Source of the DNA: Macrostomum lignano
Taxonomy: Eukaryota
NCBI GenBank assembly: GCA_002269645.1
Contig: NIVC01000029.1
Span: forward strand, 558,001 to 622,000
Length of the DNA stretch: 64,000 nucleotides
Direction: 5' to 3'
Part shown: piece by piece, positions 21,955 to 36,900 of the stretch
Layout of the letters: the number at the start of each line of letters is the position of its first letter
Position numbering within the stretch: the stretch's first letter is position 1
The notes under the pieces: generated by a model
What the model saw: the letters and a program-made list of their open reading frames with translations, nothing else
What the model was told of the DNA's origin: nothing
Databases searched by the model: none
Made by a program: the position numbers and the translations under genes

Positions 21955-24900
21955 TCAAACAGACACAGAAATCTGTTCCAGTTGTGTCTGTAGGTTATGT
22001 GGACCACCTGAGAGCCAGAGCCTCAAACAGACAGAGAAATCTGTTCGAGTTGTGTCTGTAGGTTAGATGGACCAGCTATTCTACAGCACTTCTAGGCGAT
22101 AATCTGAGCCAGGAATCTCCAAGAGCCTCTCGTTACACATCCAGATGTTCTGCCTTGATGCTAGACTAGCCCACTTTCTAGGAATCTGTTCTGATTGCAT
22201 TCTAACAAACTGAAGCATTCTCGGCACTAAACTTTCTCGGCGGCTCTGAGAGCCAGAGCCTCAAACAGACAGAGAAATCTGTTCGAGTTGTGTCTGTAGG
22301 TTAGGTGGACCAGCTACTCCACAGCACTTCTAGGCGATAATCTGAGCCAGGAATCTCCGAGAGCCTCTCGTTACACATCCAGATGTTCTGCCTTGATGCT
22401 GGACTAGCTCACTTTCTAGGAATCTGTTCTGATTACGAGCTTCATTCTAACAAACTGAAGCATTCTCGGCACTAAACTTTCTCGGCGGCTCTGAGATCCA
22501 GAGCCTCAAACAGACAGAAATCTGTTCGAGTTGTGTCTGTAGGTTAGGTGGACCAGCTACTCCACAGCACTTCTAGGCGATAATCTGAGCCAGGAGTCTT
22601 CGAGAGACTTTCGTTACACATCCAGATGTTCTGCCTTGATGCTGGACTAGCTCACTTTCTAGGAATCTGTTCTGATTGCATTCTAACAAACTGAAGCATT
22701 CTCGGCACTAAACTTTCTCGGCGGCTCTAAGAGCCAGAGCCTAAACAGACAGAGAAATCTGCTCGAGTTGTGTCTGTAGGTTAGGTGGACCACCTTCTGA
22801 GAGACAAAGCCTCAAACAGACTGAGAGAGCTGCTTCAGTTCTGTCTGTAGGTTATGTGGACCATTTAAGAGCCAGAGCCTCAAACAGACAGAGAAATCTG
22901 TTCGAGTTGTGTCTGTAGGTTAGGTGGACCAGCTATTCTACAGCACTTCTAGGCGATAATCTGAGCCAGGAATCTCCGAGAGCCTCTCGTTACACATCCA
23001 GATGTTCTGCCTTGATGCTGGACTAGCTCACTTTCTAGGAATCTGTTCTGATTGCATTCTAACAAACTGAAGCATTCTCGGCACTAAACTTTCTCGGCGG
23101 CTCTGAGAGCCAGAGCCTCAAACAGACAGAGAAATCTGTTCGAGTTGAGTCTGTAGGTTAGGTGGACCAGCTACTCCACAGCACTTCTAGGCGATAATCT
23201 GAGCCAGGAGTCTTCGAGAGACTTTCGTTACACATCCAGATGTTCTGCCTTGATGCTGGACTAGCTCACTTTCTAGGAATCTGTTCTGATTACGAGCTTC
23301 ATTCTAACAAACTGAAGCATTCTCGGCACTAAACTTTCTCGGCGGCTCTGAGATCCAGAGCCTCAAACAGACAGAAATCTGTTCGAGTTGTGTCTGTAGG
23401 TTAGGTGGACCAGCTACTCCACAGCACTTCTAGGCGATAATCTGAGCCAGGAGTCTTCGAGAGACTTTCGTTACACATCCAGATGTTCTGCCTTGATGCT
23501 GGACTAGCTCACTTTCTAGGAATCTGTTCTGATTGCATTCTAACAAACTGAAGCATTTTCTGCACTAAACTTTCTCGGCGGCTCTAAGAGCCAGAGCCTA
23601 AACAGACAGAGAAATCTGCTCGAGTTGTGTCTGTAGGTTAGGTGGACCACCTTCTGAGAGACAAAGCCTCAAACAGACTGAGAGAGCTGCTTCAGTTCTG
23701 TCTGTAGGTTATGTGGACCATTTAAGAGCCAGAGCCTCAAACAGACAGAGAAATCTGTTCGAGTTGTGTCTGTAGGTTAGGTGGACCAGCTATTCTACAG
23801 CACTTCTAGGCGATAATCTGAGCCAGGAATCTCCGAGAGCCTCTCGTTACACATCCAGATGTTCTGCCTTGATGCTGGACTAGCTCACTTTCTAGGAATC
23901 TGTTCTGATTGCATTCTAACAAACTGAAGCATTCTCGGCACTAAACTTTCTCGGCGGCTCTGAGAGCCAGAGCCTCAAACAGACAGAAATCTGTTCGAGT
24001 TGTGTCTGTAGGTTAGGTGGACCAGCTACTCCACAGCACTTCTAGGCGATAATCTGAGCCAGGAATCTCGAGAGCCTCTCGTTACACATCCAGATGTTCT
24101 GCCTTGATGCTGGACTAGCTCACTTTCTAGGAATCTGTTCTGATTGCATTCTAACAAACTGAAGCATTCTCGCACTAAACTTTCTCGGCGGCTCTAAGAG
24201 CCAGAGCCTCAAACAGACAGAGAAATCTGTTCGAGTTGAGTCTGTAGGTTAGGTGGACCAGCTACTCCACAGCACTTCTAGGCGATAATCTGAGCCAGGA
24301 ATCTCCGAGAGCCTCTCGTTACACATCCAGACGTTCTGCCTTGATGCTGGACTAGCTCACTTTCTAGGAATCTGTTCTGATTACATTCTAACAAACTGAA
24401 GCATTCTCGGCACTAAACTTTCTCGGCGGCTCTGAGATCCAGAGCCTCAAACAGACAGAAATCTGTTCAAGTTGTGTCTGTAGGTTAGGTGGACCAGCTA
24501 CTCCACAGCACTTCTAGGCGATAATCTGAGCCAGGAGTCTTCGAGAGACTTTCGTTACACATCCAGATGTTCTGCCTTGATGCTGGACTAGCTCACTTTC
24601 TAGGAATCTGTTCTGATTGCATTCTAACAAACTGAAGCATTCTCGGCACTAAACTTTCTCGGCGGCTCTAAGAGCCAGAGCCTAAACAGACAGAGAAATC
24701 TGCTCGAGTTGTGTCTGTAGGTTAGGTGGACCACCTTCTGAGAGACAAAGCCTCAAACAGACTGAGAGAGCTGCTTCAGTTCTGTCTGTAGGTTATGTGG
24801 ACCATTTAAGAGCCAGAGCCTCAAACAGACAGAGAAATCTGTTCGAGTTGTGTCTGTAGGTTAGGTGGACCAGCTATTCTACAGCACTTCTAGGCGATAA

Positions 24901-27900
24901 TCTGAGCCAGGAATCTCCGAGAGCCTCTCGTTACACATCCAGATGTTCTGCCTTGATGCTGGACTAGCTCACTTTCTAGGAATCTGTTCTGATTGCATTC
25001 TAACAAACTGAAGCATTCTCGGCACTAAACTTTCTCGGCGGCTCTGAGAGCCAGAGCCTCAAACAGACAGAGAAATCTGTTCGAGTTGAGTCTGTAGGTT
25101 AGGTGGACCAGCTACTCCACAGCACTTCTAGGCGATAATCTGAGCCAGGAGTCTTCGAGAGACTTTCGTTACACATCCAGATGTTCTGCCTTGATGCTGG
25201 ACTAGCTCACTTTCTAGGAATCTGTTCTGATTACGAGCTTCATTCTAACAAACTGAAGCATTCTCGGCACTAAACTTTCTCGGCGGCTCTGAGATCCAGA
25301 GCCTCAAACAGACAGAAATCTGTTCGAGTTGTGTCTGTAGGTTAGGTGGACCAGCTACTCCACAGCACTTCTAGGCGATAATCTGAGCCAGGAGTCTTCG
25401 AGAGACTTTCGTTACACATCCAGATGTTCTGCCTTGATGCTGGACTAGCTCACTTTCTAGGAATCTGTTCTGATTGCATTCTAACAAACTGAAGCATTTT
25501 CTGCACTAAACTTTCTCGGCGGCTCTAAGAGCCAGAGCCTAAACAGACAGAGAAATCTGCTCGAGTTGTGTCTGTAGGTTAGGTGGACCACCTTCTGAGA
25601 GACAAAGCCTCAAACAGACTGAGAGAGCTGCTTCAGTTCTGTCTGTAGGTTATGTGGACCATTTAAGAGCCAGAGCCTCAAACAGACAGAGAAATCTGTT
25701 CGAGTTGTGTCTGTAGGTTAGGTGGACCAGCTATTCTACAGCACTTCTAGGCGATAATCTGAGCCAGGAATCTCCGAGAGCCTCTCGTTACACATCCAGA
25801 TGTTCTGCCTTGATGCTGGACTAGCTCACTTTCTAGGAATCTGTTCTGATTGCATTCTAACAAACTGAAGCATTCTCGGCACTAAACTTTCTCGGCGCCT
25901 CTGAGAGCCAGAGCCTCAAACAGACAGAGAAATCTGTTCGAGTTGAGTCTGTAGGTTAGGTGGACCAGCTACTCCACAGCACTTCTAGGCGATAATCTGA
26001 GCCAGGAATCTCCGAGAGCCTCTCGTTACACATCCAGATGTTCTGCCTTGATGCTGGACTAGCTCACTTTCTAGGAATCTGTTCTGATTACATTCTAACA
26101 AACTGAAGCATTCTCGGCACTAAACTTTCTCGGCGGCTCTGAGATCCAGAGCCTCAAACAGACAGAAATCTGTTCGAGTTGTGTCTGTAGGTTAGGTGGA
26201 CCAGCTACTCCACAGCACTTCTAGGCGATAATCTGAGCCAGGAGTCTTCGAGAGACTTTCGTTACACATCCAGATGTTCTGCCTTGATGCTGGACTAGCT
26301 CACTTTCTAGGAATCTGTTCTGATTGCATTCTAACAAACTGAAGCATTTTCTGCACTAAACTTTCTCGGCGGCTCTAAGAGCCAGAGCCTAAACAGACAG
26401 AGAAATCTGCTCGAGTTGTGTCTGTAGGTTAGGTGGACCACCTTCTGAGAGACAAAGCCTCAAACAGACTGAGAGAGCTGCTTCAGTTCTGTCTGTAGGT
26501 TATGTGGACCATTTAAGAGCCAGAGCCTCAAACAGACAGAGAAATCTGTTCGAGTTGTGTCTGTAGGTTAGGTGGACCAGCTATTCTACAGCACTTCTAG
26601 GCGATAATCTGAGCCAGGAATCTCCGAGAGCCTCTCGTTACACATCCAGATGTTCTGCCTTGATGCTGGACTAGCTCACTTTCTAGGAATCTGTTCTGAT
26701 TGCATTCTAACAAACTGAAGCATTCTCGGCACTAAACTTTCTCGGCGGCTCTGAGAGCCAGAGCCTCAAACAGACAGAGAAATCTGTTCGAGTTGAGTCT
26801 GTAGGTTAGGTGGACCAGCTACTCCACAGCACTTCTAGGCGATAATCTGAGCCAGGAGTCTTCGAGAGACTTTCGTTACACATCCAGATGTTCTGCCTTG
26901 ATGCTGGACTAGCTCACTTTCTAGGAATCTGTTCTGATTACGAGCTTCATTCTAACAAACTGAAGCATTCTCGGCACTAAACTTTCTCGGCGGCTCTGAG
27001 ATCCAGAGCCTCAAACAGACAGAAATCTGTTCGAGTTGTGTCTGTAGGTTAGGTGGACCAGCTACTCCACAGCACTTCTAGGCGATAATCTGAGCCAGGA
27101 GTCTTCGAGAGACTTTCGTTACACATCCAGATGTTCTGCCTTGATGCTGGACTAGCTCACTTTCTAGGAATCTGTTCTGATTGCATTCTAACAAACTGAA
27201 GCATTTTCTGCACTAAACTTTCTCGGCGGCTCTAAGAGCCAGAGCCTAAACAGACAGAGAAATCTGCTCGAGTTGTGTCTGTAGGTTAGGTGGACCACCT
27301 TCTGAGAGACAAAGCCTCAAACAGACTGAGAGAGCTGCTTCAGTTCTGTCTGTAGGTTATGTGGACCATTTAAGAGCCAGAGCCTCAAACAGACAGAGAA
27401 ATCTGTTCGAGTTGTGTCTGTAGGTTAGGTGGACCAGCTATTCTACAGCACTTCTAGGCGATAATCTGAGCCAGGAATCTCCGAGAGCCTCTCGTTACAC
27501 ATCCAGATGTTCTGCCTTGATGCTGGACTAGCTCACTTTCTAGGAATCTGTTCTGATTGCATTCTAACAAACTGAAGCATTCTCGGCACTAAACTTTCTC
27601 GGCGGCTCTGAGAGCCAGAGCCTCAAACAGACAGAAATCTGTTCGAGTTGTGTCTGTAGGTTAGGTGGACCAGCTACTCCACAGCACTTCTAGGCGATAA
27701 TCTGAGCCAGGAATCTCCGAGAGCCTCTCGTTACACATCCAGATGTTCTGCCTTGATGCTGGACTAGCTCACTTTCTAGGAATCTGTTCTGATTGCATTC
27801 TAACAAACTGAAGCATTCTCGGCACTAAACTTTCTCGGCGGCTCTAAGAGCCAGAGCCTCAAACAGACAGAGAAATCTGTTCGAGTTGAGTCTGTAGGTT

Positions 27901-30900
27901 AGGTGGACCAGCTACTCCACAGCACTTCTAGGCGATAATCTGAGCCAGGAATCTCCGAGAGCCTCTCGTTACACATCCAGACGTTCTGCCTTGATGCTGG
28001 ACTAGCTCACTTTCTAGGAATCTGTTCTGATTACATTCTAACAAACTGAAGCATTCTCGGCACTAAACTTTCTCGGCGGCTCTGAGATCCAGAGCCTCAA
28101 ACAGACAGAAATCTGTTCAAGTTGTGTCTGTAGGTTAGGTGGACCAGCTACTCCACAGCACTTCTAGGCGATAATCTGAGCCAGGAGTCTTCGAGAGACT
28201 TTCGTTACACATCCAGATGTTCTGCCTTGATGCTGGACTAGCTCACTTTCTAGGAATCTGTTCTGATTGCATTCTAACAAACTGAAGCATTCTCGGCACT
28301 AAACTTTCTCGGCGGCTCTAAGAGCCAGAGCCTAAACAGACAGAGAAATCTGCTCGAGTTGTGTCTGTAGGTTAGGTGGACCACCTTCTGAGAGACAAAG
28401 CCTCAAACAGACTGAGAGAGCTGCTTCAGTTCTGTCTGTAGGTTATGTGGACCATTTAAGAGCCAGAGCCTCAAACAGACAGAGAAATCTGTTCGAGTTG
28501 TGTCTGTAGGTTAGGTGGACCAGCTATTCTACAGCACTTCTAGGCGATAATCTGAGCCAGGAATCTCCGAGAGCCTCTCGTTACACATCCAGATGTTCTG
28601 CCTTGATGCTGGACTAGCTCACTTTCTAGGAATCTGTTCTGATTGCATTCTAACAAACTGAAGCATTCTCGGCACTAAACTTTCTCGGCGGCTCTGAGAG
28701 CCAGAGCCTCAAACAGACAGAGAAATCTGTTCGAGTTGAGTCTGTAGGTTAGGTGGACCAGCTACTCCACAGCACTTCTAGGCGATAATCTGAGCCAGGA
28801 GTCTTCGAGAGACTTTCGTTACACATCCAGATGTTCTGCCTTGATGCTGGACTAGCTCACTTTCTAGGAATCTGTTCTGATTACGAGCTTCATTCTAACA
28901 AACTGAAGCATTCTCGGCACTAAACTTTCTCGGCGGCTCTGAGATCCAGAGCCTCAAACAGACAGAAATCTGTTCGAGTTGTGTCTGTAGGTTAGGTGGA
29001 CCAGCTACTCCACAGCACTTCTAGGCGATAATCTGAGCCAGGAGTCTTCGAGAGACTTTCGTTACACATCCAGATGTTCTGCCTTGATGCTGGACTAGCT
29101 CACTTTCTAGGAATCTGTTCTGATTGCATTCTAACAAACTGAAGCATTTTCTGCACTAAACTTTCTCGGCGGCTCTAAGAGCCAGAGCCTAAACAGACAG
29201 AGAAATCTGCTCGAGTTGTGTCTGTAGGTTAGGTGGACCACCTTCTGAGAGACAAAGCCTCAAACAGACTGAGAGAGCTGCTTCAGTTCTGTCTGTAGGT
29301 TATGTGGACCATTTAAGAGCCAGAGCCTCAAACAGACAGAGAAATCTGTTCGAGTTGTGTCTGTAGGTTAGGTGGACCAGCTATTCTACAGCACTTCTAG
29401 GCGATAATCTGAGCCAGGAATCTCCGAGAGCCTCTCGTTACACATCCAGATGTTCTGCCTTGATGCTGGACTAGCTCACTTTCTAGGAATCTGTTCTGAT
29501 TGCATTCTAACAAACTGAAGCATTCTCGGCACTAAACTTTCTCGGCGCCTCTGAGAGCCAGAGCCTCAAACAGACAGAGAAATCTGTTCGAGTTGAGTCT
29601 GTAGGTTAGGTGGACCAGCTACTCCACAGCACTTCTAGGCGATAATCTGAGCCAGGAATCTCCGAGAGCCTCTCGTTACACATCCAGATGTTCTGCCTTG
29701 ATGCTGGACTAGCTCACTTTCTAGGAATCTGTTCTGATTACATTCTAACAAACTGAAGCATTCTCGGCACTAAACTTTCTCGGCGGCTCTGAGATCCAGA
29801 GCCTCAAACAGACAGAAATCTGTTCGAGTTGTGTCTGTAGGTTAGGTGGACCAGCTACTCCACAGCACTTCTAGGCGATAATCTGAGCCAGGAGTCTTCG
29901 AGAGACTTTCGTTACACATCCAGATGTTCTGCCTTGATGCTGGACTAGCTCACTTTCTAGGAATCTGTTCTGATTGCATTCTAACAAACTGAAGCATTTT
30001 CTGCACTAAACTTTCTCGGCGGCTCTAAGAGCCAGAGCCTAAACAGACAGAGAAATCTGCTCGAGTTGTGTCTGTAGGTTAGGTGGACCACCTTCTGAGA
30101 GACAAAGCCTCAAACAGACTGAGAGAGCTGCTTCAGTTCTGTCTGTAGGTTATGTGGACCATTTAAGAGCCAGAGCCTCAAACAGACAGAGAAATCTGTT
30201 CGAGTTGTGTCTGTAGGTTAGGTGGACCAGCTATTCTACAGCACTTCTAGGCGATAATCTGAGCCAGGAATCTCCGAGAGCCTCTCGTTACACATCCAGA
30301 TGTTCTGCCTTGATGCTGGACTAGCTCACTTTCTAGGAATCTGTTCTGATTGCATTCTAACAAACTGAAGCATTCTCGCACTAAACTTTCTCGGCGGCTC
30401 TAAGAGCCAGAGCCTCAAACAGACAGAGAAATCTGTTCGAGTTGAGTCTGTAGGTTAGGTGGACCAGCTACTCCACAGCACTTCTAGGCGATAATCTGAG
30501 CCAGGAATCTCCGAGAGCCTCTCGTTACACATCCAGATGTTCTGCCTTGATGCTGGACTAGCTCACTTTCTAGGAATCTGTTCTGATTACATTCTAACAA
30601 ACTGAAGCATTCTCGGCACTAAACTTTCTCGGCGGCTCTGAGATCCAGAGCCTCAAACAGACAGAAATCTGTTCGAGTTGTGTCTGTAGGTTAGGTGGAC
30701 CAGCTACTCCACAGCACTTCTAGGCGATAATCTGAGCCAGGAGTCTTCGAGAGACTTTCGTTACACATCCAGATGTTCTGCCTTGATGCTGGACTAGCTC
30801 ACTTTCTAGGAATCTGTTCTGATTGCATTCTAACAAACTGAAGCATTCTCGGCACTAAACTTTCTCGGCGGCTCTAAGAGCCAGAGCCTAAACAGACAGA

Positions 30901-33900
30901 GAAATCTGCTCGAGTTGTGTCTGTAGGTTAGGTGGACCACCTTCTGAGAGACAAAGCCTCAAACAGACTGAGAGAGCTGCTTCAGTTCTGTCTGTAGGTT
31001 ATGTGGACCATTTAAGAGCCAGAGCCTCAAACAGACAGAGAAATCTGTTCGAGTTGTGTCTGTAGGTTAGGTGGACCAGCTATTCTACAGCACTTCTAGG
31101 CGATAATCTGAGCAGGAATCTCCGAGAGCCTCTCGTTACACATCCAGATGTTCTGCCTTGATGCTGGACTAGCTCACTTTCTAGGAATCTGTTCTGATTG
31201 CATTCTAACAAACTGAAGCATTCTCGGCACTAAACTTTCTCGGCGGCTCTGAGAGCCAGAGCCTCAAACAGACAGAGAAATCTGTTCGAGTTGAGTCTGT
31301 AGGTTAGGTGGACCAGCTACTCCACAGCACTTCTAGGCGATAATCTGAGCCAGGAGTCTTCGAGAGACTTTCGTTACACATCCAGATGTTCTGCCTTGAT
31401 GCTGGACTAGCTCACTTTCTAGGAATCTGTTCTGATTACGAGCTTCATTCTAACAAACTGAAGCATTCTCGGCACTAAACTTTCTCGGCGGCTCTGAGAT
31501 CCAGAGCCTCAAACAGACAGAAATCTGTTCGAGTTGTGTCTGTAGGTTAGGTGGACCAGCTACTCCACAGCACTTCTAGGCGATAATCTGAGCCAGGAGT
31601 CTTCGAGAGACTTTCGTTACACATCCAGATGTTCTGCCTTGATGCTGGACTAGCTCACTTTCTAGGAATCTGTTCTGATTGCATTCTAACAAACTGAAGC
31701 ATTTTCTGCACTAAACTTTCTCGGCGGCTCTAAGAGCCAGAGCCTAAACAGACAGAGAAATCTGCTCGAGTTGTGTCTGTAGGTTAGGTGGACCACCTTC
31801 TGAGAGACAAAGCCTCAAACAGACTGAGAGAGCTGCTTCAGTTCTGTCTGTAGGTTATGTGGACCATTTAAGAGCCAGAGCCTCAAACAGACAGAGAAAT
31901 CTGTTCGAGTTGTGTCTGTAGGTTAGGTGGACCAGCTATTCTACAGCACTTCTAGGCGATAATCTGAGCCAGGAATCTCCGAGAGACTTTCGTTACACAT
32001 CCAGATGTTCTGCCTTGATGCTGGACTAGCTCACTTTCTAGGAATCTGTTCTGATTGCATTCTAACAAACTGAAGCATTCTCGGCACTAAACTTTCTCGG
32101 CGGCTCTAAGAGCCAGAGCCTAAACAGACAGAGAAATCTGCTCGAGTTGTGTCTGTAGGTTAGGTGGACCACCTTCTGAGAGACAAAGCCTCAAACAGAC
32201 TGAGAGAGCTGCTTCAGTTCTGTCTGTAGGTTATGTGGACCATTTAAGAGCCAGAGCCTCAAACAGACAGAGAAATCTGTTCGAGTTGTGTCTGTAGGTT
32301 AGGTGGACCAGCTATTCTACAGCACTTCTAGGCGATAATCTGAGCCAGGAATCTCCGAGAGCCTCTCGTTACACATCCAGATGTTCTGCCTTGATGCTGG
32401 ACTAGCTCACTTTCTAGGAATCTGTTCTGATTGCATTCTAACAAACTGAAGCATTCTCGGCACTAAACTTTCTCGGCGGCTCTGAGAGCCAGAGCCTCAA
32501 ACAGACAGAGAAATCTGTTCGAGTTGAGTCTGTAGGTTAGGTGGACCAGCTACTCCACAGCACTTCTAGGCGATAATCTGAGCCAGGAGTCTTCGAGAGA
32601 CTTTCGTTACACATCCAGATGTTCTGCCTTGATGCTGGACTAGCTCACTTTCTAGGAATCTGTTCTGATTACGAGCTTCATTCTAACAAACTGAAGCATT
32701 CTCGGCACTAAACTTTCTCGGCGGCTCTGAGATCCAGAGCCTCAAACAGACAGAAATCTGTTCGAGTTGTGTCTGTAGGTTAGGTGGACCAGCTACTCCA
32801 CAGCACTTCTAGGCGATAATCTGAGCCAGGAGTCTTCGAGAGACTTTCGTTACACATCCAGATGTTCTGCCTTGATGCTGGACTAGCTCACTTTCTAGGA
32901 ATCTGTTCTGATTGCATTCTAACAAACTGAAGCATTTTCTGCACTAAACTTTCTCGGCGGCTCTAAGAGCCAGAGCCTAAACAGACAGAGAAATCTGCTC
33001 GAGTTGTGTCTGTAGGTTAGGTGGACCACCTTCTGAGAGACAAAGCCTCAAACAGACTGAGAGAGCTGCTTCAGTTCTGTCTGTAGGTTATGTGGACCAT
33101 TTAAGAGCCAGAGCCTCAAACAGACAGAGAAATCTGTTCGAGTTGTGTCTGTAGGTTAGGTGGACCAGCTATTCTACAGCACTTCTAGGCGATAATCTGA
33201 GCCAGGAATCTCCGAGAGCCTCTCGTTACACATCCAGATGTTCTGCCTTGATGCTGGACTAGCTCACTTTCTAGGAATCTGTTCTGATTGCATTCTAACA
33301 AACTGAAGCATTCTCGGCACTAAACTTTCTCGGCGCCTCTGAGAGCCAGAGCCTCAAACAGACAGAGAAATCTGTTCGAGTTGAGTCTGTAGGTTAGGTG
33401 GACCAGCTACTCCACAGCACTTCTAGGCGATAATCTGAGCCAGGAATCTCCGAGAGCCTCTCGTTACACATCCAGATGTTCTGCCTTGATGCTGGACTAG
33501 CTCACTTTCTAGGAATCTGTTCTGATTGCATTCTAACAAACTGAAGCATTCTCGGCACTAAACTTTCTCGGCGGCTCTAAGAGCCAGAGCCTCAAACAGA
33601 CAGAGAAATCTGTTCGAGTTGAGTCTGTAGGTTAGGTGGACCAGCTACTCCACAGCACTTCTAGGCGATAATCTGAGCCAGGAATCTCCGAGAGCCTCTC
33701 GTTACACATCCAGATGTTCTGCCTTGATGCTGGACTAGCTCACTTTCTAGGAATCTGTTCTGATTACATTCTAACAAACTGAAGCATTCTCGGCACTAAA
33801 CTTTCTCGGCGGCTCTGAGATCCAGAGCCTCAAACAGACAGAAATCTGTTCGAGTTGTGTCTGTAGGTTAGGTGGACCAGCTACTCCACAGCACTTCTAG

Positions 33901-36900
33901 GCGATAATCTGAGCCAGGAGTCTTCGAGAGACTTTCGTTACACATCCAGATGTTCTGCCTTGATGCTGGACTAGCTCACTTTCTAGGAATCTGTTCTGAT
34001 TGCATTCTAACAAACTGAAGCATTTTCTGCACTAAACTTTCTCGGCGGCTCTAAGAGCCAGAGCCTAAACAGACAGAGAAATCTGCTCGAGTTGTGTCTG
34101 TAGGTTAGGTGGACCACCTTCTGAGAGACAAAGCCTCAAACAGACTGAGAGAGCTGCTTCAGTTCTGTCTGTAGGTTATGTGGACCATTTAAGAGCCAGA
34201 GCCTCAAACAGACAGAGAAATCTGTTCGAGTTGTGTCTGTAGGTTAGGTGGACCAGCTATTCTACAGCACTTCTAGGCGATAATCTGAGCCAGGAATCTC
34301 CGAGAGCCTCTCGTTACACATCCAGATGTTCTGCCTTGATGCTGGACTAGCTCAATTTCTAGGAATCTGTTCTGATTGCATTCTAACAAACTGAAGCATT
34401 CTCGGCACTAAACTTTCTCGGCGGCTCTGAGAGCCAGAGCCTCAAACAGACAGAGAAATCTGTTCGAGTTGTGTCTGTAGGTTAGGTGGACCAGCTACTC
34501 CACAGCACTTCTAGGCGATAATCTGAGCCAGGAATCTCCGAGAGCCTCTCGTTACACATCCAGATGTTCTGCCTTGATGCTGGACTAGCTCACTTTCTAG
34601 GAATCTGTTCTGATTGCATTCTAACAAACTGAAGCATTCTCGGCACTAAACTTTCTCGGCGGCTCTAAGAGCCAGAGCCTCAAACAGACAGAGAAATCTG
34701 TTCGAGTTGTGTCTGTAGGTTAGGTGGACCAGCTATTCTACAGCACTTCTAGGCGATAATCTGAGCCAGGAATCTCCGAGAGCCTCTCGTTACACATCCA
34801 GATGTTCTGCCTTGATGCTGGACTAGCTCACTTTCTAGGAATCTGTTCTGATTGCATTCTAACAAACTGAAGCATTCTCGGCACTAAACTTTCTCGACGG
34901 CTCTAAGAGCCAGAGCCTCAAACAGACAGAGAAATCTGTTCGAGTTGAGTCTGTAGGTTAGGTGGACCAGCTACTCCACAGCACTTCTAGGCGATAATCT
35001 GAGCCAGGAATCTCCGAGAGCCTCTCGTTACACATCCAGATGTTCTGCCTTGATGCTGGACTAGCTCACTTTCTAGGAATCTGTTCTGATTGCATTCTAA
35101 CAAACTGAAGCATTCTCGGCACTAAACTTTCTCGGCGGCTCTGAGAGCCAGAGCCTCAAACAGACAGAGAAATCTGTTCGAGTTGTGTCTGTAGGTTAGG
35201 TGGACCAGCTACTCCACAGCACTTCTAGGCGATAATCTGAGCCAGGAGTCTTCGAGAGACTTTCGTTACACATCCAGATGTTCTGCCTTGATGCTGGACT
35301 AGCTCACTTTCTAGGAATCTGTTCTGATTGCATTCTAACAAACTAAAGCATTTTCTGCACTAAACTTTCTCGGCGGCTCTAAGAGCCAGAGGCTAAACAG
35401 ACAGAGAAATCTGCTCGAGTTGTGTCTGTAGGTTAGGTGGACCACCTTCTGAGAGACAAAGCCTCAAACAGACTGAGAGAGCTGCTTCAGTTCTGTCTGT
35501 AGGTTATGTGGACCATTTAAGAGCCAGAGCCTCAAACAGACAGAGAAATCTGTTCGAGTTGTGTCTGTAGGTTAGGTGGACCAGCTATTCTACAGCACTT
35601 CTAGGCGATAATCTGAGCCAGGAATCTCCGAGAGCCTCTCGTTACACATCCAGATGTTCTGCCTTGATGCTGGACTAGCCCACTTTCTAGGAATCTGTTC
35701 TGATTGCATTCTAACAAACTGAAGCATTCTCGGCACTAAACTTTCTCGGCGGCTCTGAGAGCCAGAGCCTCAAACAGACAGAGAAATCTGTTCGAGTTGA
35801 GTCTGTAGGTTAGGTGGACCAGCTACTCCACAGCACTTCTAGGCGATAATCTGAGCCAGGAATCTCCGAGAGCCTCTCGTTACACATCCAGATGTTCTGC
35901 CTTGATGCTGGACTAGCTCACTTTCTAGGAATCTGTTCTGATTACGAGCTACATTCTAACAAACTGAAGCATTCTCGGCACTAAACTTTCTCGGCGGCTC
36001 TGAGATCCAGAGCCTCAAACAGACAGAAATCTGTTCGAGTTGTGTCTGTAGGTTAGGTGGACCAGCTACTCCACAGCACTTCTAGGCGATAATCTGAGCC
36101 AGGAGTCTTCGAGAGACTTTCGTTACACATCCAGATGTTCTGCCTTGATGCTGGACTAGCTCACTTTCTAGGAATCTGTTCTGATTGCATTCTAACAAAC
36201 TGAAGCATTCTCGGCACTAAATTTTCTCGGCGGCTCTGAGAGCCAGAGCCTCAAACAGACAGAGAAATCTGTTCGAGTTGTGTCTGTAGGTTAGGTGGAC
36301 CAGCTACTCCACAGCACTTCTAGGCGATAATCTGAGCCAGGAGTCTTCGAGAGACTTTCGTTACACATCCAGATGTTCTGCCTTGATGCTGGACTAGCTC
36401 ACTTTCTAGGAATCTGTTCTGATTGCATTCTAACAAACTGAAGCATTTTCTGCACTAAACTTTCTCGGCGGCTCTGAGAGCCAGAGCCTAAACAGACAGA
36501 GAAATCTGCTCGAGTTGTGTCTGTAGGTTAGGTGGACCACCTTCTGAGAGACAAAGCCTCAAACAGACTGAGAGAGCTGCTTCAGTTCTGTCTGTAGGTT
36601 ATGTGGACCATTTAAGAGCCAGAGCCTCAAACAGACAGAGAAATCTGTTCGAGTTGTGTCTGTAGGTTAGGTGGACCAGCTATTCTACAGCACTTCTAGG
36701 CGATAATCTGAGCCAGGAATCTTCAAGAGACTTTCGTTACACATCCAGATGTTCTGCCTTGATGCTGGACTAGCTCACTTTCTAGGAATCTGTTCTGATT
36801 GCATTCTAACAAACTGAAGCATTCTCGGCACTAAACTTTCTCGGCGGCTCTGAGAGCCAGAGCCTCAAACAGACAGAGAAATCTGTTCGAGTTGTGTCTG

